Made by a program: the position numbers and the translations under genes | Virus record (IMG/VR): IMGVR_UViG_3300032330_000236 | Span: 905 to 64,904 of that record | Source of the DNA: a virus | Length of the DNA: 64,000 nucleotides | Reading direction: 5' to 3' (one strand) | In this document: piece by piece, positions 1-9,486 of the stretch | Layout of the letters: each line of letters begins with the position of its first letter | Numbering within the stretch: the first letter of the stretch is position 1 | The notes under the pieces: generated by a model | Database searches by the model: none | The model's input: only the letters and a program-made list of their open reading frames with translations | Told to the model about the DNA's origin: nothing

Positions 1-1680
1 CACATAACGGTCAATAACGTCCGAGGTAGATGAACAATATTGCCACCACACCTCGTTATAACCTTCATTTGTACCGCACATAAACTGAGATGACTGAGTT
101 AAGTTGATATCGGTGTAGACATACTCACGCAAGGTTGACGGAAGCGTATCCACCTTACCGGAATAAACATAGAACTTATCTGTGCCCATCCAGTATGTAA
201 GGTTGTTTGCAGTGGTAACTGCATTTGGGCCTGCAATTGAGATATTAGCGCCCATGATCTGGAAGCCCCACACATAGGGGGGGCCGAGGTACTGCATGGA
301 ATAAACTGCGGTATCAGTCCATACCAAAATCTCTTGTCGGGTTTGCACAGCGGTAATAATTTGAGAGCCATTACTCAAACGATAACTACCAGCTTGGTTG
401 GTAGTCTGTGGGTACCATGTAGCAAAACTTTCTTGGTCAGACCATGCGATAAATAATGGGTCTTGAGTTGTACTACCAGCAACAGCATCATTACAAGCAA
501 ACGCAATAACAAACCGTGAAGCGTCTGAAACCAACACTAAATTAGCTACTGAAGGACAATAGTTGTCTACCGTTATCGTGCCAGCTTTAGTGACAATGGA
601 TTGAGCTGGGCCAAGATATACCCCACGATTAATTGTGTTTGAACTGGCGCTATTTGCCCAATAATACAGCGCACCGCCCCGGGGATTAAAGATCAAATCT
701 TCACCGAAGTTTGCTTCAGACCATAGACGCAATTGTTGACCAACACTCTGGCTCGCTGGGGCGGCTTGCCCCCAACCAGTAAATGTAGTGGATTGCACAA
801 CCGCCGCACCGTTTGCATGGGTGGTAGCTGCGCCTGATCCAGTGCCGTTGACTCCACGAGTACAGCCAGTGAATGTTGTAGCGCCTATACCTGTATAACT
901 AATAGTCTCTTGGTCAATCAAGATATTACCAGTCGTAGAAAATCCTGTTGTAGACGTAACAGTGACTGTAGTATTTGAATTTGATAATGTGCCACCAGCC
1001 ACTGCGGTTGTTACAGCGCCATCAACAATACCACCCCACGTACCAGCGCCCCAGCCTACGTTCTGGGTATAGATTGCATTACCGGAAGTAATTTGATAAG
1101 TGCCAACAACAGACGCACCGCCGTTTCCTGAGTCACCAGCACTTGCTGCAACTGAAGACTGAATAGTGTATTGATTAGAACTGAAATAAGTAATTTGAAA
1201 CTCAGCATTGAGGATCGTAGCTGTGATGTTGCCGCCCAAAGAAACTGCGCCGCTGAAAGTTACAAAGTCACCAGTCTGCGCACCATGCCCCGCATCAGTG
1301 ACAGTAATTGTTTTAGATCCATTAGAAGCCGCAAAGGTAATCTCACCTGCGGTAGTGGTAGCGCGTATCGGTGTTATATCGTAATAGTACCCGTTTGTAC
1401 CAACCTGAAGATAATATTTAAGACTCGTACCCACCGCAAGTAGGTTAGAACCTGACAAATTTATCCAATTCCATAGAGTACGGGCAACACCCCATAGTGT
1501 TCCAGTAGTTGGTTTATACGCCGATGTATATGTACCTGTATCTTTTGTCCATCCGCCTATTTTTTCTGGCTGCCCCGAGCGAAATCGAATCTTGTTAGAA
1601 GCATAATACCCACCCTCGTTGGCATACGAGGTACTTTCTCTATTTGTACCAGCACGAAGGGCAATTTTCTGTAAAGGCAT
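1..1680 (-). CDS. Tail/DNA-stabilisation (nozzle, P22 gp10-like) structural protein, 3'-truncated by the window edge
   Basis: Not in the ORF track. ATG at 1680 gives MPLQKIALRAGTNRESTSYANEGGYY..KIRFRSGQPEKIGGW. The same frame reads EILVWTDTAVYSMQYLGPPYVWGF..NEVWWQYCS near position 1. Lies in the late module. Confidence 0.7.
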   Translation of the reverse strand, partial: MPLQKIALRAGTNRESTSYANEGGYYASNKIRFRSGQPEKIGGWTKDTGTYTSAYKPTTGTLWGVARTLWNWINLSGSNLLAVGTSLKYYLQVGTNGYYYDITPIRATTTAGEITFAASNGSKTITVTDAGHGAQTGDFVTFSGAVSLGGNITATILNAEFQITYFSSNQYTIQSSVAASAGDSGNGGASVVGTYQITSGNAIYTQNVGWGAGTWGGIVDGAVTTAVAGGTLSNSNTTVTVTSTTGFSTTGNILIDQETISYTGIGATTFTGCTRGVNGTGSGAATTHANGAAVVQSTTFTGWGQAAPASQSVGQQLRLWSEANFGEDLIFNPRGGALYYWANSASSNTINRGVYLGPAQSIVTKAGTITVDNYCPSVANLVLVSDASRFVIAFACNDAVAGSTTQDPLFIAWSDQESFATWYPQTTNQAGSYRLSNGSQIITAVQTRQEILVWTDTAVYSMQYLGPPYVWGFQIMGANISIAGPNAVTTANNLTYWMGTDKFYVYSGKVDTLPSTLREYVYTDINLTQSSQFMCGTNEGYNEVWWQYCSSTSDVIDRYV

Positions 1681-1682
1681 TT

Positions 1683-2024
1683 TTAACCCACGTTGCGTTC
1701 AAAGTGAGGGCAGTCTACAAGATTGGAAAAGTTACCACCCCAACGATTCTTTGGATGTAGGGATTCCCAGTATGCACCAAGCGGGGCAATGATTGCCTTA
1801 TCCCAAATGATTTTTCCATCCTTGAAGAAATTCAAATCTATTGCGCATCGCTTTAGATGGATGGAATTCATGGTCTTAGACCGCCCTGTCTTGAAATATA
1901 TTGCTTGCTGTTCTGGCGTACGGGCGAGTTCTCCACCGGTCACCACAAACCCTTGGTCTGTAGCATATTGGATTAGCTTGCACATGTCCAGCAAAAACGC
2001 GGCTTGTTCAGTGTTTAAGCTCAT
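1683..2024 (-). CDS. Endolysin, M15-family (L-Ala-D-Glu) peptidase
   Basis: R-T-x-E-Q-Q, S-x-H-x4-A-I-D, WGG and D-x-P-H-F-E motifs. Confidence 0.85.
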   Translation of the reverse strand: MSLNTEQAAFLLDMCKLIQYATDQGFVVTGGELARTPEQQAIYFKTGRSKTMNSIHLKRCAIDLNFFKDGKIIWDKAIIAPLGAYWESLHPKNRWGGNFSNLVDCPHFERNVG

Positions 2025-2530
2025 TTCTTCCTCATTTCTGCCAGCTTTTCAACCGTGCGTCCACCAAAATAAGCGCCCATGATTAGCATACCCCAGTTAC
2101 CCAGCAGGGTGACATAGGACTCGTTGGCGTTGTAATCAAATGCCGACATCATGGCGAAGAGAAAATAACCCGCAAAGATGGCAATTAGGCTCATAGGGCG
2201 GATGTTCTTGGACAGCCAAGAGTCACTGGACATATCCGCTTCCCAACGGTCTGTGATGTTGTCGGCATCGCTTTGGGCGGCTTTGGCAAATAATTCAAGC
2301 TCAGCCAACTCCATCTTGGCTTTCTCTATGCCCAGCTCAATCAGGCGCTCTTCATGCTCAAACTGAAGCTGGCGCAATTTGCTGACATCTTCTGCGGTTG
2401 GTGTATCAGGGATCTTTACCCCAAGGGTTTTCTCTACCACCTCTTTGCCCTTGGCTTGGATGGCGCTGGACAGCAGACCAAGGCCGTTTTCGGCAAGACT
2501 ACCGAGGAGGGACGCGACTATTGGAATCAT
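2021..2530 (-). CDS. Holin-like protein (3TM, GTA-holin type)
   Basis: DSWLSKNIRP motif followed by hydrophobic segments and AYFGGRT; adjacent to the endolysin; start moved to MIPIVAS. Confidence 0.7.
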   Translation of the reverse strand: MIPIVASLLGSLAENGLGLLSSAIQAKGKEVVEKTLGVKIPDTPTAEDVSKLRQLQFEHEERLIELGIEKAKMELAELELFAKAAQSDADNITDRWEADMSSDSWLSKNIRPMSLIAIFAGYFLFAMMSAFDYNANESYVTLLGNWGMLIMGAYFGGRTVEKLAEMRKK

Positions 2531-2681
2531 CTCTTTCCTTTCGTTCAAGCTCTCGCCTGAGTTTTTCTACCTTTTCTACCTGAGCCTGCGCTTCCTTTTT
2601 GGTTTGAAGCACATCCATGTACAACATCCCAAGAAGCGGAAGCATTAACACTACCAGAATACAAGCTGCTATCCAACCCAT
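2499..2681 (-). CDS. Small N-terminal TM plus coiled-coil protein (possible spanin-like lysis accessory)
   Basis: ATG at 2681 overlaps the upstream TGA (TGATG); MGWIAACILVVLMLPLLGMLY then a charged helix. Confidence 0.5.
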   Translation of the reverse strand: MGWIAACILVVLMLPLLGMLYMDVLQTKKEAQAQVEKVEKLRRELERKERDDSNSRVPPR

Positions 2682-3352
2682 CACTGTTTCCCAATCCTGT
2701 ACAAGAGGCCGAGGAGCAACCACATATATAGGAGGAATAGGAAAGTCGCTAGCAGATACGCCTGCCTTTCCCTTAGAAGCCGCTCTTCCTCCTTGCGTTG
2801 CCATGACTCATCATCCCGTTTTTTCCTTGCTTTATCCTGCTCCGCCTTAATGACATCCCGCATCTCAAACACTCTGGAGTACAGCGCGCCCATTTCAGGC
2901 GGGGCTTGATACACCATTGCTTCTCTTATCTCCGTTTCCAGTAACGCCATCTGGTCTTGTGCCATGATCCGCTTCAGCGCGGCTTCCATTAAGTTGGCAT
3001 CAGGGTCATAGACGTTTTTGCTTTTTTCTTCCTCTTCCCTTATATGCTCTGCAAGCTGTTCTTGCAGTTTGAAAAATTGAGTAAGCTGGGTGACAATGTC
3101 TGCCATGACTTGGGTTTCGTCAACGGCAACATAGGCTTCCTTTTTCGCCACAGGCTTGGGCGCGGCTGGTTTGGCTTCTGTCCCGAAGAGCTTTGCCCAG
3201 AATCCTCTGACTGCTTTAACATCTGTGACAACTTCATCGACAGTCTTCTTGATCTCCATGAAAGACGTTTTGGCGTCTTTGTACAGCTTGCATCCCTGCT
3301 TGATAGCAGCAACACAGGCATTGGCAGCAAAGAGGATAGAGAGAGGATCAAT
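2681..3352 (-). CDS. Coiled-coil protein with C-terminal TM in the lysis cluster; probable ATT start
   Basis: The ORF-track frame extends 31 codons upstream of ATG 3259 to ATT GAT CCT (IDPLSILFAANACVAAIKQG). Confidence 0.55.
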   Translation of the reverse strand: MDPLSILFAANACVAAIKQGCKLYKDAKTSFMEIKKTVDEVVTDVKAVRGFWAKLFGTEAKPAAPKPVAKKEAYVAVDETQVMADIVTQLTQFFKLQEQLAEHIREEEEKSKNVYDPDANLMEAALKRIMAQDQMALLETEIREAMVYQAPPEMGALYSRVFEMRDVIKAEQDKARKKRDDESWQRKEEERLLRERQAYLLATFLFLLYMWLLLGLLYRIGKQ

Positions 3353-3584
3353 TTTCTACACTCGGGTTAATGATTGCAGTTGAAGTTTCTTTGTCTATCA
3401 CCAACACACCTTCGCAGGCGACATTCCAGTCATCTCCTGTTTGTTCGCTACGTGAAGGCACATTGAGTTGAAAGTTTTTAAACAGATACTCTTTCCCATT
3501 TTCAAACACACGCCAAACGTGCTCAAGTGACCCCCTACCGGGAAGACCACGAGTTTTGTTATAGCGTATTAAAAATTTGTTCAT
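3348..3584 (-). CDS. Hypothetical protein
   Basis: 78 aa, overlaps both neighbours, consistent with translational coupling. Confidence 0.65.
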   Translation of the reverse strand: MNKFLIRYNKTRGLPGRGSLEHVWRVFENGKEYLFKNFQLNVPSRSEQTGDDWNVACEGVLVIDKETSTAIINPSVEN

Positions 3585-4195
3585 ATCACTTCTGCGGGTG
3601 GCGGTGTATATGCAAGGGGTTGCGCATACATACTGAAGTGAAGAAATCTAAAAGGGTGTTCTGAACGGTTCCTACTAAAAGAATGTGGAAGCCACGCATT
3701 TGCTAGAATTAAATCCCCAGCTTTACATTCAAAATTTATCATCCCGCTGGCTGCCGTAGCCAAAACCATATCCCTTTCAGGTAAATCTGACATTACTTTT
3801 CCGGGGCGGGGATCATGGAATATCGCACGGGGGCAATTTTCTGGCGTATCAATAAAATAAAACCCCACCATATGCACATTTTTGTGTATATGTTGTTCCA
3901 TTGAAGAATTTTTGCCGTGTTCTTGCATCCACATTTCAGTCACATGGGTTGTAAACCCATCCATTGCATACCCTTGATGATTCAACACATCCCATGTTGC
4001 CTGCGCTATAAAGGAACCAAAGTCCAATAAACGAGCATCTGCAAAAATATTAGCTGACATGAGTAGAGGGTGTATTTCGTCCGTCTCTTTATTTCTGTCA
4101 ATGTACTCCTCTGCAACTTGCCGCGCAATATCAACAAATTCGGGCTTTTCTATTTTATAGATAGGGCTACAAAAATAATTGAATTCGTTCATCAA
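3581..4195 (-). CDS. 2OG-Fe(II) oxygenase-like protein (TIGR02466 type)
   Basis: HxH (QHIH), GFYF, FHDPRP and GDLIL..WLPH motifs. Confidence 0.75.
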   Translation of the reverse strand: MMNEFNYFCSPIYKIEKPEFVDIARQVAEEYIDRNKETDEIHPLLMSANIFADARLLDFGSFIAQATWDVLNHQGYAMDGFTTHVTEMWMQEHGKNSSMEQHIHKNVHMVGFYFIDTPENCPRAIFHDPRPGKVMSDLPERDMVLATAASGMINFECKAGDLILANAWLPHSFSRNRSEHPFRFLHFSMYAQPLAYTPPPAEVI

Positions 4196-4668
4196 ACTAC
4201 CTTTTTTGGCTTAGGTTCTGGAGGAAAATTATCTAAAGCAACTACTGCATCTAATCCTACAAATGCAATTAAATCTTGTTGTTGCGTTGCCAAAAGTTGC
4301 AAGGCGGCTTCTGTGCCTGTAACAGGGATATGCTGGGGATTTACATCACAAAACAAATTGTATATAACATCCGTATTTGCAGGTTCCGTTGTTATGTCAC
4401 AAACTTCCCAAGTTTCATCGCCACTTTCGTCCACAGAAATCAATTTTGTTTGTGAAAAATGCTGTGCCCATAAATCACTGTTCTTATAGTTCTGTAACGT
4501 AATAGCAAGTTGTTGATTGGCGGCATCAATATCCCCAACCAACCAAGTTGCATTTTTAAAATTATAGGTTTCACCTCTTTGTTGAGCGGCACTATCTGGA
4601 GCAAAATAATATGGCCCAATTGTTTCAACGCCTTTGACCAGATAAGTAGTAAAAGTAGTAGTTGTCAC
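4192..4668 (-). CDS. Hypothetical protein, tail-fibre associated
   Basis: 158 aa, coupled to the adhesin gene. Confidence 0.6.
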   Translation of the reverse strand: MTTTTFTTYLVKGVETIGPYYFAPDSAAQQRGETYNFKNATWLVGDIDAANQQLAITLQNYKNSDLWAQHFSQTKLISVDESGDETWEVCDITTEPANTDVIYNLFCDVNPQHIPVTGTEAALQLLATQQQDLIAFVGLDAVVALDNFPPEPKPKKVV

Positions 4669-5693
4669 GATACACTCCCATAAACTCTAGTAGTGCAACC
4701 GCTAGTCCAAGTAATTGTTTTTGCGTTTAGCGCAACTGCTTTACCGCCAGCACCTTGGCCTCCGTTATTAGCCGATCCACCACTTGCGCCCCATCCACCG
4801 CCGCCGCCGCCTCTATAAACATTTCCTCCTGCGCCTGCGTTATTGGATGATCCACCCGCTCCACCACTGCCATTAGCAGTCCAACCACCTCCGCCGCCAG
4901 AACCGCCGCCTTTGCCACCACCTTTCGAGGGATTGCCAGCACAAGGAGTAAGTCCACCAGCACCGCCTGTGCCGGGGAATATTCTTCCGCCACCACCTCC
5001 CGACGTAAATATTGTTGGGCAACAATAAGGATAATATGTACCATTACCACCAGATGCGCCTACACCACCGCCAGAACCTCCCCCTGCTGGGCCATTTGGT
5101 TGAGCAGAGCCGCCCCCTGCCCCTGCACCGCCGCCAGCAAAGTAATTAGTACATGAACAACAAGTATGAAAATTAAAAAATCCTTGTGCTCCGCCACCAC
5201 CTCCGCCGCCAATATAAGCCGCCGCATTGGTATTGTTAACAGTTGTTGGGTATCCCAAACTTAAAGCCGTACCACCGGGAGCGCTTAAACAACTTGTTCC
5301 GCCCATACCCATGATAAATCCGTTATTTACCAACGTGACTACGTCACCAGTAGCGCCGCCAGTTAAGCTTAAACCAGGTGTTGCTGTGCTTGTCGAATAT
5401 AAATAAATGCCTGGATTTACTGTGATAGTGACACAAGTTATTCCTGCTGAATAACCACTTATTGAAGACATAGCCAAAGAAGCATTTGCAGTGTTTGATG
5501 CGAATGTATATGAGGCAGAAACCCTGTTTGATTTTCCATAAAAACTGGAAAGCGAAATTGTTGTCCCGGCAGTGGGAATACCAGCCAATGTTCGATACGA
5601 AGCTTGGTTGATGTTGGCTGCGGTTGCGCCGGGCTGCCCAAGCTCGACATTAATTGCATTAAAGGATATTGCGCCTGATGCTGGTAAGGTCAT
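4665..5693 (-). CDS. Glycine-rich receptor-binding adhesin (T-even gp38-like architecture)
   Basis: MTLPASGAIS N-terminus, NNGFIMGMGG, polyglycine runs separated by variable Cys-containing loops. Confidence 0.7.
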   Translation of the reverse strand: MTLPASGAISFNAINVELGQPGATAANINQASYRTLAGIPTAGTTISLSSFYGKSNRVSASYTFASNTANASLAMSSISGYSAGITCVTITVNPGIYLYSTSTATPGLSLTGGATGDVVTLVNNGFIMGMGGTSCLSAPGGTALSLGYPTTVNNTNAAAYIGGGGGGGAQGFFNFHTCCSCTNYFAGGGAGAGGGSAQPNGPAGGGSGGGVGASGGNGTYYPYCCPTIFTSGGGGGRIFPGTGGAGGLTPCAGNPSKGGGKGGGSGGGGGWTANGSGGAGGSSNNAGAGGNVYRGGGGGGWGASGGSANNGGQGAGGKAVALNAKTITWTSGCTTRVYGSVS

Positions 5694-5703
5694 TGTTTAC
5701 TCC

Positions 5704-6534
5704 TTATGGTGTTCCGTATGCAGTAATGTCCAACAACGCAACAAAATTGCCGGTTGAGTCCAAAGAGGCTACGTCTGTGCCGTTGTAACTAAAAACAAGT
5801 TTTGTACCTGAAGGAGCCACATTCCATCCCGCAGCGTTTGTTATCTTTGTAGCATTAGTAGCATTCGTAACGGCTGTTGTTCCTATTTGCGAAACAATAT
5901 TTGCCGCAGTTGCTACTGCAATTGCGCCAGTACCTGCGCCTTTGAGTAATGATCCAGAAGTAAATGTAGCCGCGCCTGTGCCACCATTTGCAACACCTAA
6001 CGTGCCACCTAAAGTTATCGTACCTGAACTTGTGATTGGGCCACCAGAGGTTGTTAAACCTGTAGCGCCTCCTGATACGTCTACGCTTGTAACAGAACCT
6101 GCATCAGTCTTATAGAAATTCGTACCATCACTAAAAGCAAAATATTTATATCCATTAGGTATTGTTAATCCTGTACCTGCTGCGGTGGTATTACCAATCA
6201 CAGTTGAGTTGTACAAAGTCATTGAATAACCACTGTTGTTATAGATGATGTATGTCTTGGAGACAGGTGGCGCATACACCGAAAAAGCAGCGGTAGTTGT
6301 AGTTGTGAAACGTAAAAATGCGTATATTGATTGATTTAATGACGCTGTTGATGTTGCGCCATTGATGTATGTTAAAGCTTGGTTTGCAGCTGTAACACTG
6401 ACTGTCTGGTAGCCCGCTATTGCAGTATCTAGCAAATATGCAAGATTGTTGTCAGTGGTTGTGCCCCACGTACCTGCTTGGTCGCCAGAACCAATCAGTT
6501 CAATACGTAGGCTGTTTGAGTATGTACTGCTCAT
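5704..6534 (-). CDS. Tail fibre protein
   Basis: MSSTYS..GTWGTTT N-terminus, GGTLGVANGGTG fibre repeat, ITAYGTP end. Confidence 0.65.
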   Translation of the reverse strand: MSSTYSNSLRIELIGSGDQAGTWGTTTDNNLAYLLDTAIAGYQTVSVTAANQALTYINGATSTASLNQSIYAFLRFTTTTTAAFSVYAPPVSKTYIIYNNSGYSMTLYNSTVIGNTTAAGTGLTIPNGYKYFAFSDGTNFYKTDAGSVTSVDVSGGATGLTTSGGPITSSGTITLGGTLGVANGGTGAATFTSGSLLKGAGTGAIAVATAANIVSQIGTTAVTNATNATKITNAAGWNVAPSGTKLVFSYNGTDVASLDSTGNFVALLDITAYGTP

Positions 6535-7481
6535 TTAAGTTCCTTTGCAAGTGCCTCAAGTTTATCGTCAAGTTCTTTGATTGCCGCAAATGCCAAGGCA
6601 CACATCTTTTGATAATCTACCGCCAAAGTACCATCTTCTTTAGTGCGTGTACCCAATGGAAAGTGTTCTTCAACTTTTTGGGCGATATGACCAAAATCCG
6701 ATTTGCGGATGAAATAACCATCTTCACCACCATGGGACTCAATGTATTCTTCTGTCCAGTCAAATAACTGCCCGCCAATTGCTTTGACCTTAATTAAAGC
6801 ATCGGGTATATCACGTATATTTTCTTTGAATTTAATATCTGATGTGTAATAAGCAGTGACGTTATTGGTTGCCCGAATCTCGCCAGCGGTGGTTGAACCA
6901 GCAGTGCCAACACCAATAGAGTTGAACTGTGAGTTTTGTGATGTACTTGTAAATGTAGCCGCAGACCCTGTTGTATTTTGGTTTAATGTGGGTACATCAG
7001 CCGCTTGAATTGTATTCATCACTACGTTAGTGCCATTACCACGTAGATATGAGCCACTTGTAACTGCGCCAGCAAACGCATTCATCGCTAACTGTGCAGT
7101 GGTTGTGCCTGAGCCTCCGTTAGCAATCGGAAGAACTGAACTGTTAGAGGCGGTTAAAGTTGTACCATCTGCATATACTGAACGGCTGGATGGGTAAGTA
7201 CAAAATACATTTTTTGTACCTGCTGACAAACTAACCAATGACCCAGCATTACTTGAGGCAAGGACGGTAGTTCGAGCAAGGGTTGTTCCAGATGAAGTAT
7301 ATGTACCAATACCAACTTCCCATTCGGTTGAGGTTGGGCTAGAAATTGTGTAATAGGTTGTATTTCCGTTACCTATAGCCGCAAATGTTTGATACCCTGT
7401 TACAGCACCAGCAAGCGTAAGCGTACCCGTACCGGTTGTAACGGTGGTTTCCTGTACCCTATCTTTAAGAACGAGCGCCAT
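6531..7481 (-). CDS. Tail fibre with C-terminal intramolecular chaperone (peptidase S74-type autocleavage)
   Basis: YTSD-x2-K-E-N-I, GHIAQ, VDY and terminal coiled coil. Confidence 0.8.
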   Translation of the reverse strand: MALVLKDRVQETTVTTGTGTLTLAGAVTGYQTFAAIGNGNTTYYTISSPTSTEWEVGIGTYTSSGTTLARTTVLASSNAGSLVSLSAGTKNVFCTYPSSRSVYADGTTLTASNSSVLPIANGGSGTTTAQLAMNAFAGAVTSGSYLRGNGTNVVMNTIQAADVPTLNQNTTGSAATFTSTSQNSQFNSIGVGTAGSTTAGEIRATNNVTAYYTSDIKFKENIRDIPDALIKVKAIGGQLFDWTEEYIESHGGEDGYFIRKSDFGHIAQKVEEHFPLGTRTKEDGTLAVDYQKMCALAFAAIKELDDKLEALAKELK

Positions 7482-7492
7482 GTTTTACCTCT

Positions 7493-8368
7493 TTATCCAG
7501 TGTATATATTAGTCCAATTTGGCGTCTGTGTGGTGTCAATTATGGGCCAATAATATACTGCCACATAGCCTACTTCCCCAGTCGCCGATACTCCCGAAAG
7601 CTCAACCCCAGTGCTTGTGCCTACAGTCCCAACATTACCCGTTCCGTAAACCCCAGTCAAAGCTAAAGAAATAGTTTTATTAACACTTCCCACATCTCCA
7701 GTGGAAGACACCCCAGTTAGAGCTTTTGTTGGGGTCAAATACCCAACTTGACCCGTAGCTTGATTACCAGACAAAACCGCAGAACCTGTTTTGGTGAACC
7801 CGAATGATCCGACTGAGCCAGTTGATGAGTTTCCAGTAATCGCAATGGAGCCGTCTTTGGCAAAATTAACTGACCCCACTTGACCTGTAGCAGATACACC
7901 GACCATTGTGGCGGAGCCTTGACTACTGATTCCTATAGTACCAACATCCCCCGTGCTCGAATTACCTGTTATGGCAAGTGATCCACTTTTTGCAAACCCC
8001 ACAGAACCGACCGATCCCGTAGCTTGGTTTCCAGTTATAGCTTGGAAAAATACAGTAGAAGCCGCAACAGAACCAACTGCACCAGTCGCGGCATTCCCAG
8101 TCAACGCACGGGTAACCGTTTGAGAAGTAGTGACTGAACCTACGCTACCTGTAGACTCATTGCCCGTAATACCCGTTGAAAGCCCCGGGCCAACTGACCC
8201 AACTGCACCCGTTGCTTGATTACCTGTCAACGCACGGGTAACGCTAATGGAAATGCCCACCGACCCAACAGAGCCAGTGGCAGCATTCCCCGTCACGCCA
8301 AGCGTGATGTCTGCGATAGGGCCGTTTGCGGCAAAAGGTGCGTCCGCAAAAGGGAATAAACCAAGCAT
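7493..8368 (-). CDS. Repetitive structural protein
   Basis: About 12 degenerate [LI]TGNxATGxVGSV repeats. Confidence 0.7.
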   Translation of the reverse strand: MLGLFPFADAPFAANGPIADITLGVTGNAATGSVGSVGISISVTRALTGNQATGAVGSVGPGLSTGITGNESTGSVGSVTTSQTVTRALTGNAATGAVGSVAASTVFFQAITGNQATGSVGSVGFAKSGSLAITGNSSTGDVGTIGISSQGSATMVGVSATGQVGSVNFAKDGSIAITGNSSTGSVGSFGFTKTGSAVLSGNQATGQVGYLTPTKALTGVSSTGDVGSVNKTISLALTGVYGTGNVGTVGTSTGVELSGVSATGEVGYVAVYYWPIIDTTQTPNWTNIYTG

Positions 8369-8392
8369 GTGCTACCCCCAGTAGCTTGGGGG

Positions 8393-8854
8393 TTAAGCCA
8401 AGCGGATCAGACCAGTAGTGGCATCGTTAGTAGGCATTGTCAAAGTGAACGTACCAGCAGTCACGGTTTGCGCGGTGAAGGTATGGACGCTAACAGCCTT
8501 GTTGCTCTGAGTTGAGTTATAGATCAACACAGCATCAAACGAAACAGACAAAGTCACGTTGGTGTACACAATTGAAGCTGAAGGCGTAATGAACGCTGTT
8601 GTACCTGTGGCTGATGGAGCAGTACCAAAAGTCACGGTCACACCACCAGCGGTGTAGTTTGTACCTGTAACTTCGTTGGTTGAACTGTATGCAGTTGTGG
8701 CAGCATTAACAGTAGCAGAAGCCAAGTACAAAGCAGCTTTAAAAGTGTCTGCGGTTGATGCGGTATGAGCGGGGACGCCTGTACCATTGAATGCGTGGAC
8801 AGCGTTAAGCAAGTCGGTCTTGAACGATGTACACATTGCTTGAGTATTTGCCAT
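8393..8854 (-). CDS. Structural protein (paralogue of 9058-9486)
   Basis: FKAALY..TTAY..TNEV..YTAGG. Confidence 0.7.
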   Translation of the reverse strand: MANTQAMCTSFKTDLLNAVHAFNGTGVPAHTASTADTFKAALYLASATVNAATTAYSSTNEVTGTNYTAGGVTVTFGTAPSATGTTAFITPSASIVYTNVTLSVSFDAVLIYNSTQSNKAVSVHTFTAQTVTAGTFTLTMPTNDATTGLIRLA

Positions 8855-8866
8855 GATATTTCCTTG

Positions 8867-9058
8867 TTAAAAAGTTGCTGCCACAGGGAACCCGGCAACG
8901 GTGGCTTCTTTTAAAACCATATCAACTGAACGGTGAACGCATTTACCATCCAGCCAATACTCTACCCATTTGATGTTCTCGTGTTGATTGTCTTCCTCAC
9001 CTGTTCTTTTTTCAAGCAGTGAGTCATCCATTTCGCCGTGAATAGTATTTACCAACAT
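8867..9058 (-). CDS. Small hypothetical protein
   Basis: 63 aa, WVEYWLDGKCVHRS, coupled to the upstream gene. Confidence 0.65.
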   Translation of the reverse strand: MLVNTIHGEMDDSLLEKRTGEEDNQHENIKWVEYWLDGKCVHRSVDMVLKEATVAGFPVAATF

Positions 9059-9486
9059 TATGAAATCCTTATGATTGCTGAAGTGTTTGAAGGGTCAGGG
9101 AACTGTACCGTAAATGTGGAGCCTGATGTTTTATCAGCCCCAAAATCTAAAACACATACTGCCGGATTACCACTACCACTTTGGTAAATTAAAGCACCAC
9201 GCGCAGTTAAAGCGGAATTCCATACTGCATTATTGAAAGATATATAAGCTGTTGTACCCCCAGTAGATCCTACCGTGGGAGTTTGCGCGATCGTGAGCGC
9301 CAAGCCACCAGCCGTGTACCCAGAAGCCACAACCTCGCCCGTAGTCGTATAAGCCGTGGTAGACGCATTAAGCGTGGCTGCATTGGTGTAGAGCGCAATT
9401 TTGAATGAGCTAGACGTGAAGTTGAACGTGCCGTTCATCAGGCCAGTTTTGAATGTATTGCACGCCCAATTTCCTGTGAAAGCCAT
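9058..9486 (-). CDS. Structural protein (paralogue of 8393-8854)
   Basis: FKIALY..TTAY..GEV..GYTAGG. Confidence 0.7.
   Translation of the reverse strand: MAFTGNWACNTFKTGLMNGTFNFTSSSFKIALYTNAATLNASTTAYTTTGEVVASGYTAGGLALTIAQTPTVGSTGGTTAYISFNNAVWNSALTARGALIYQSGSGNPAVCVLDFGADKTSGSTFTVQFPDPSNTSAIIRIS

Noticed and set aside
2682-2804. Long overlapping N-terminal extension of the 101-aa ORF (Rz/Rz1-like nesting)
   Set aside because: A TGATG-coupled start at 2681 explains the gene more simply, and I saw no lipobox for an o-spanin.
4665-5693. Diversity-generating retroelement acting on the adhesin
   Set aside because: No reverse transcriptase and no template/variable repeat pair seen.
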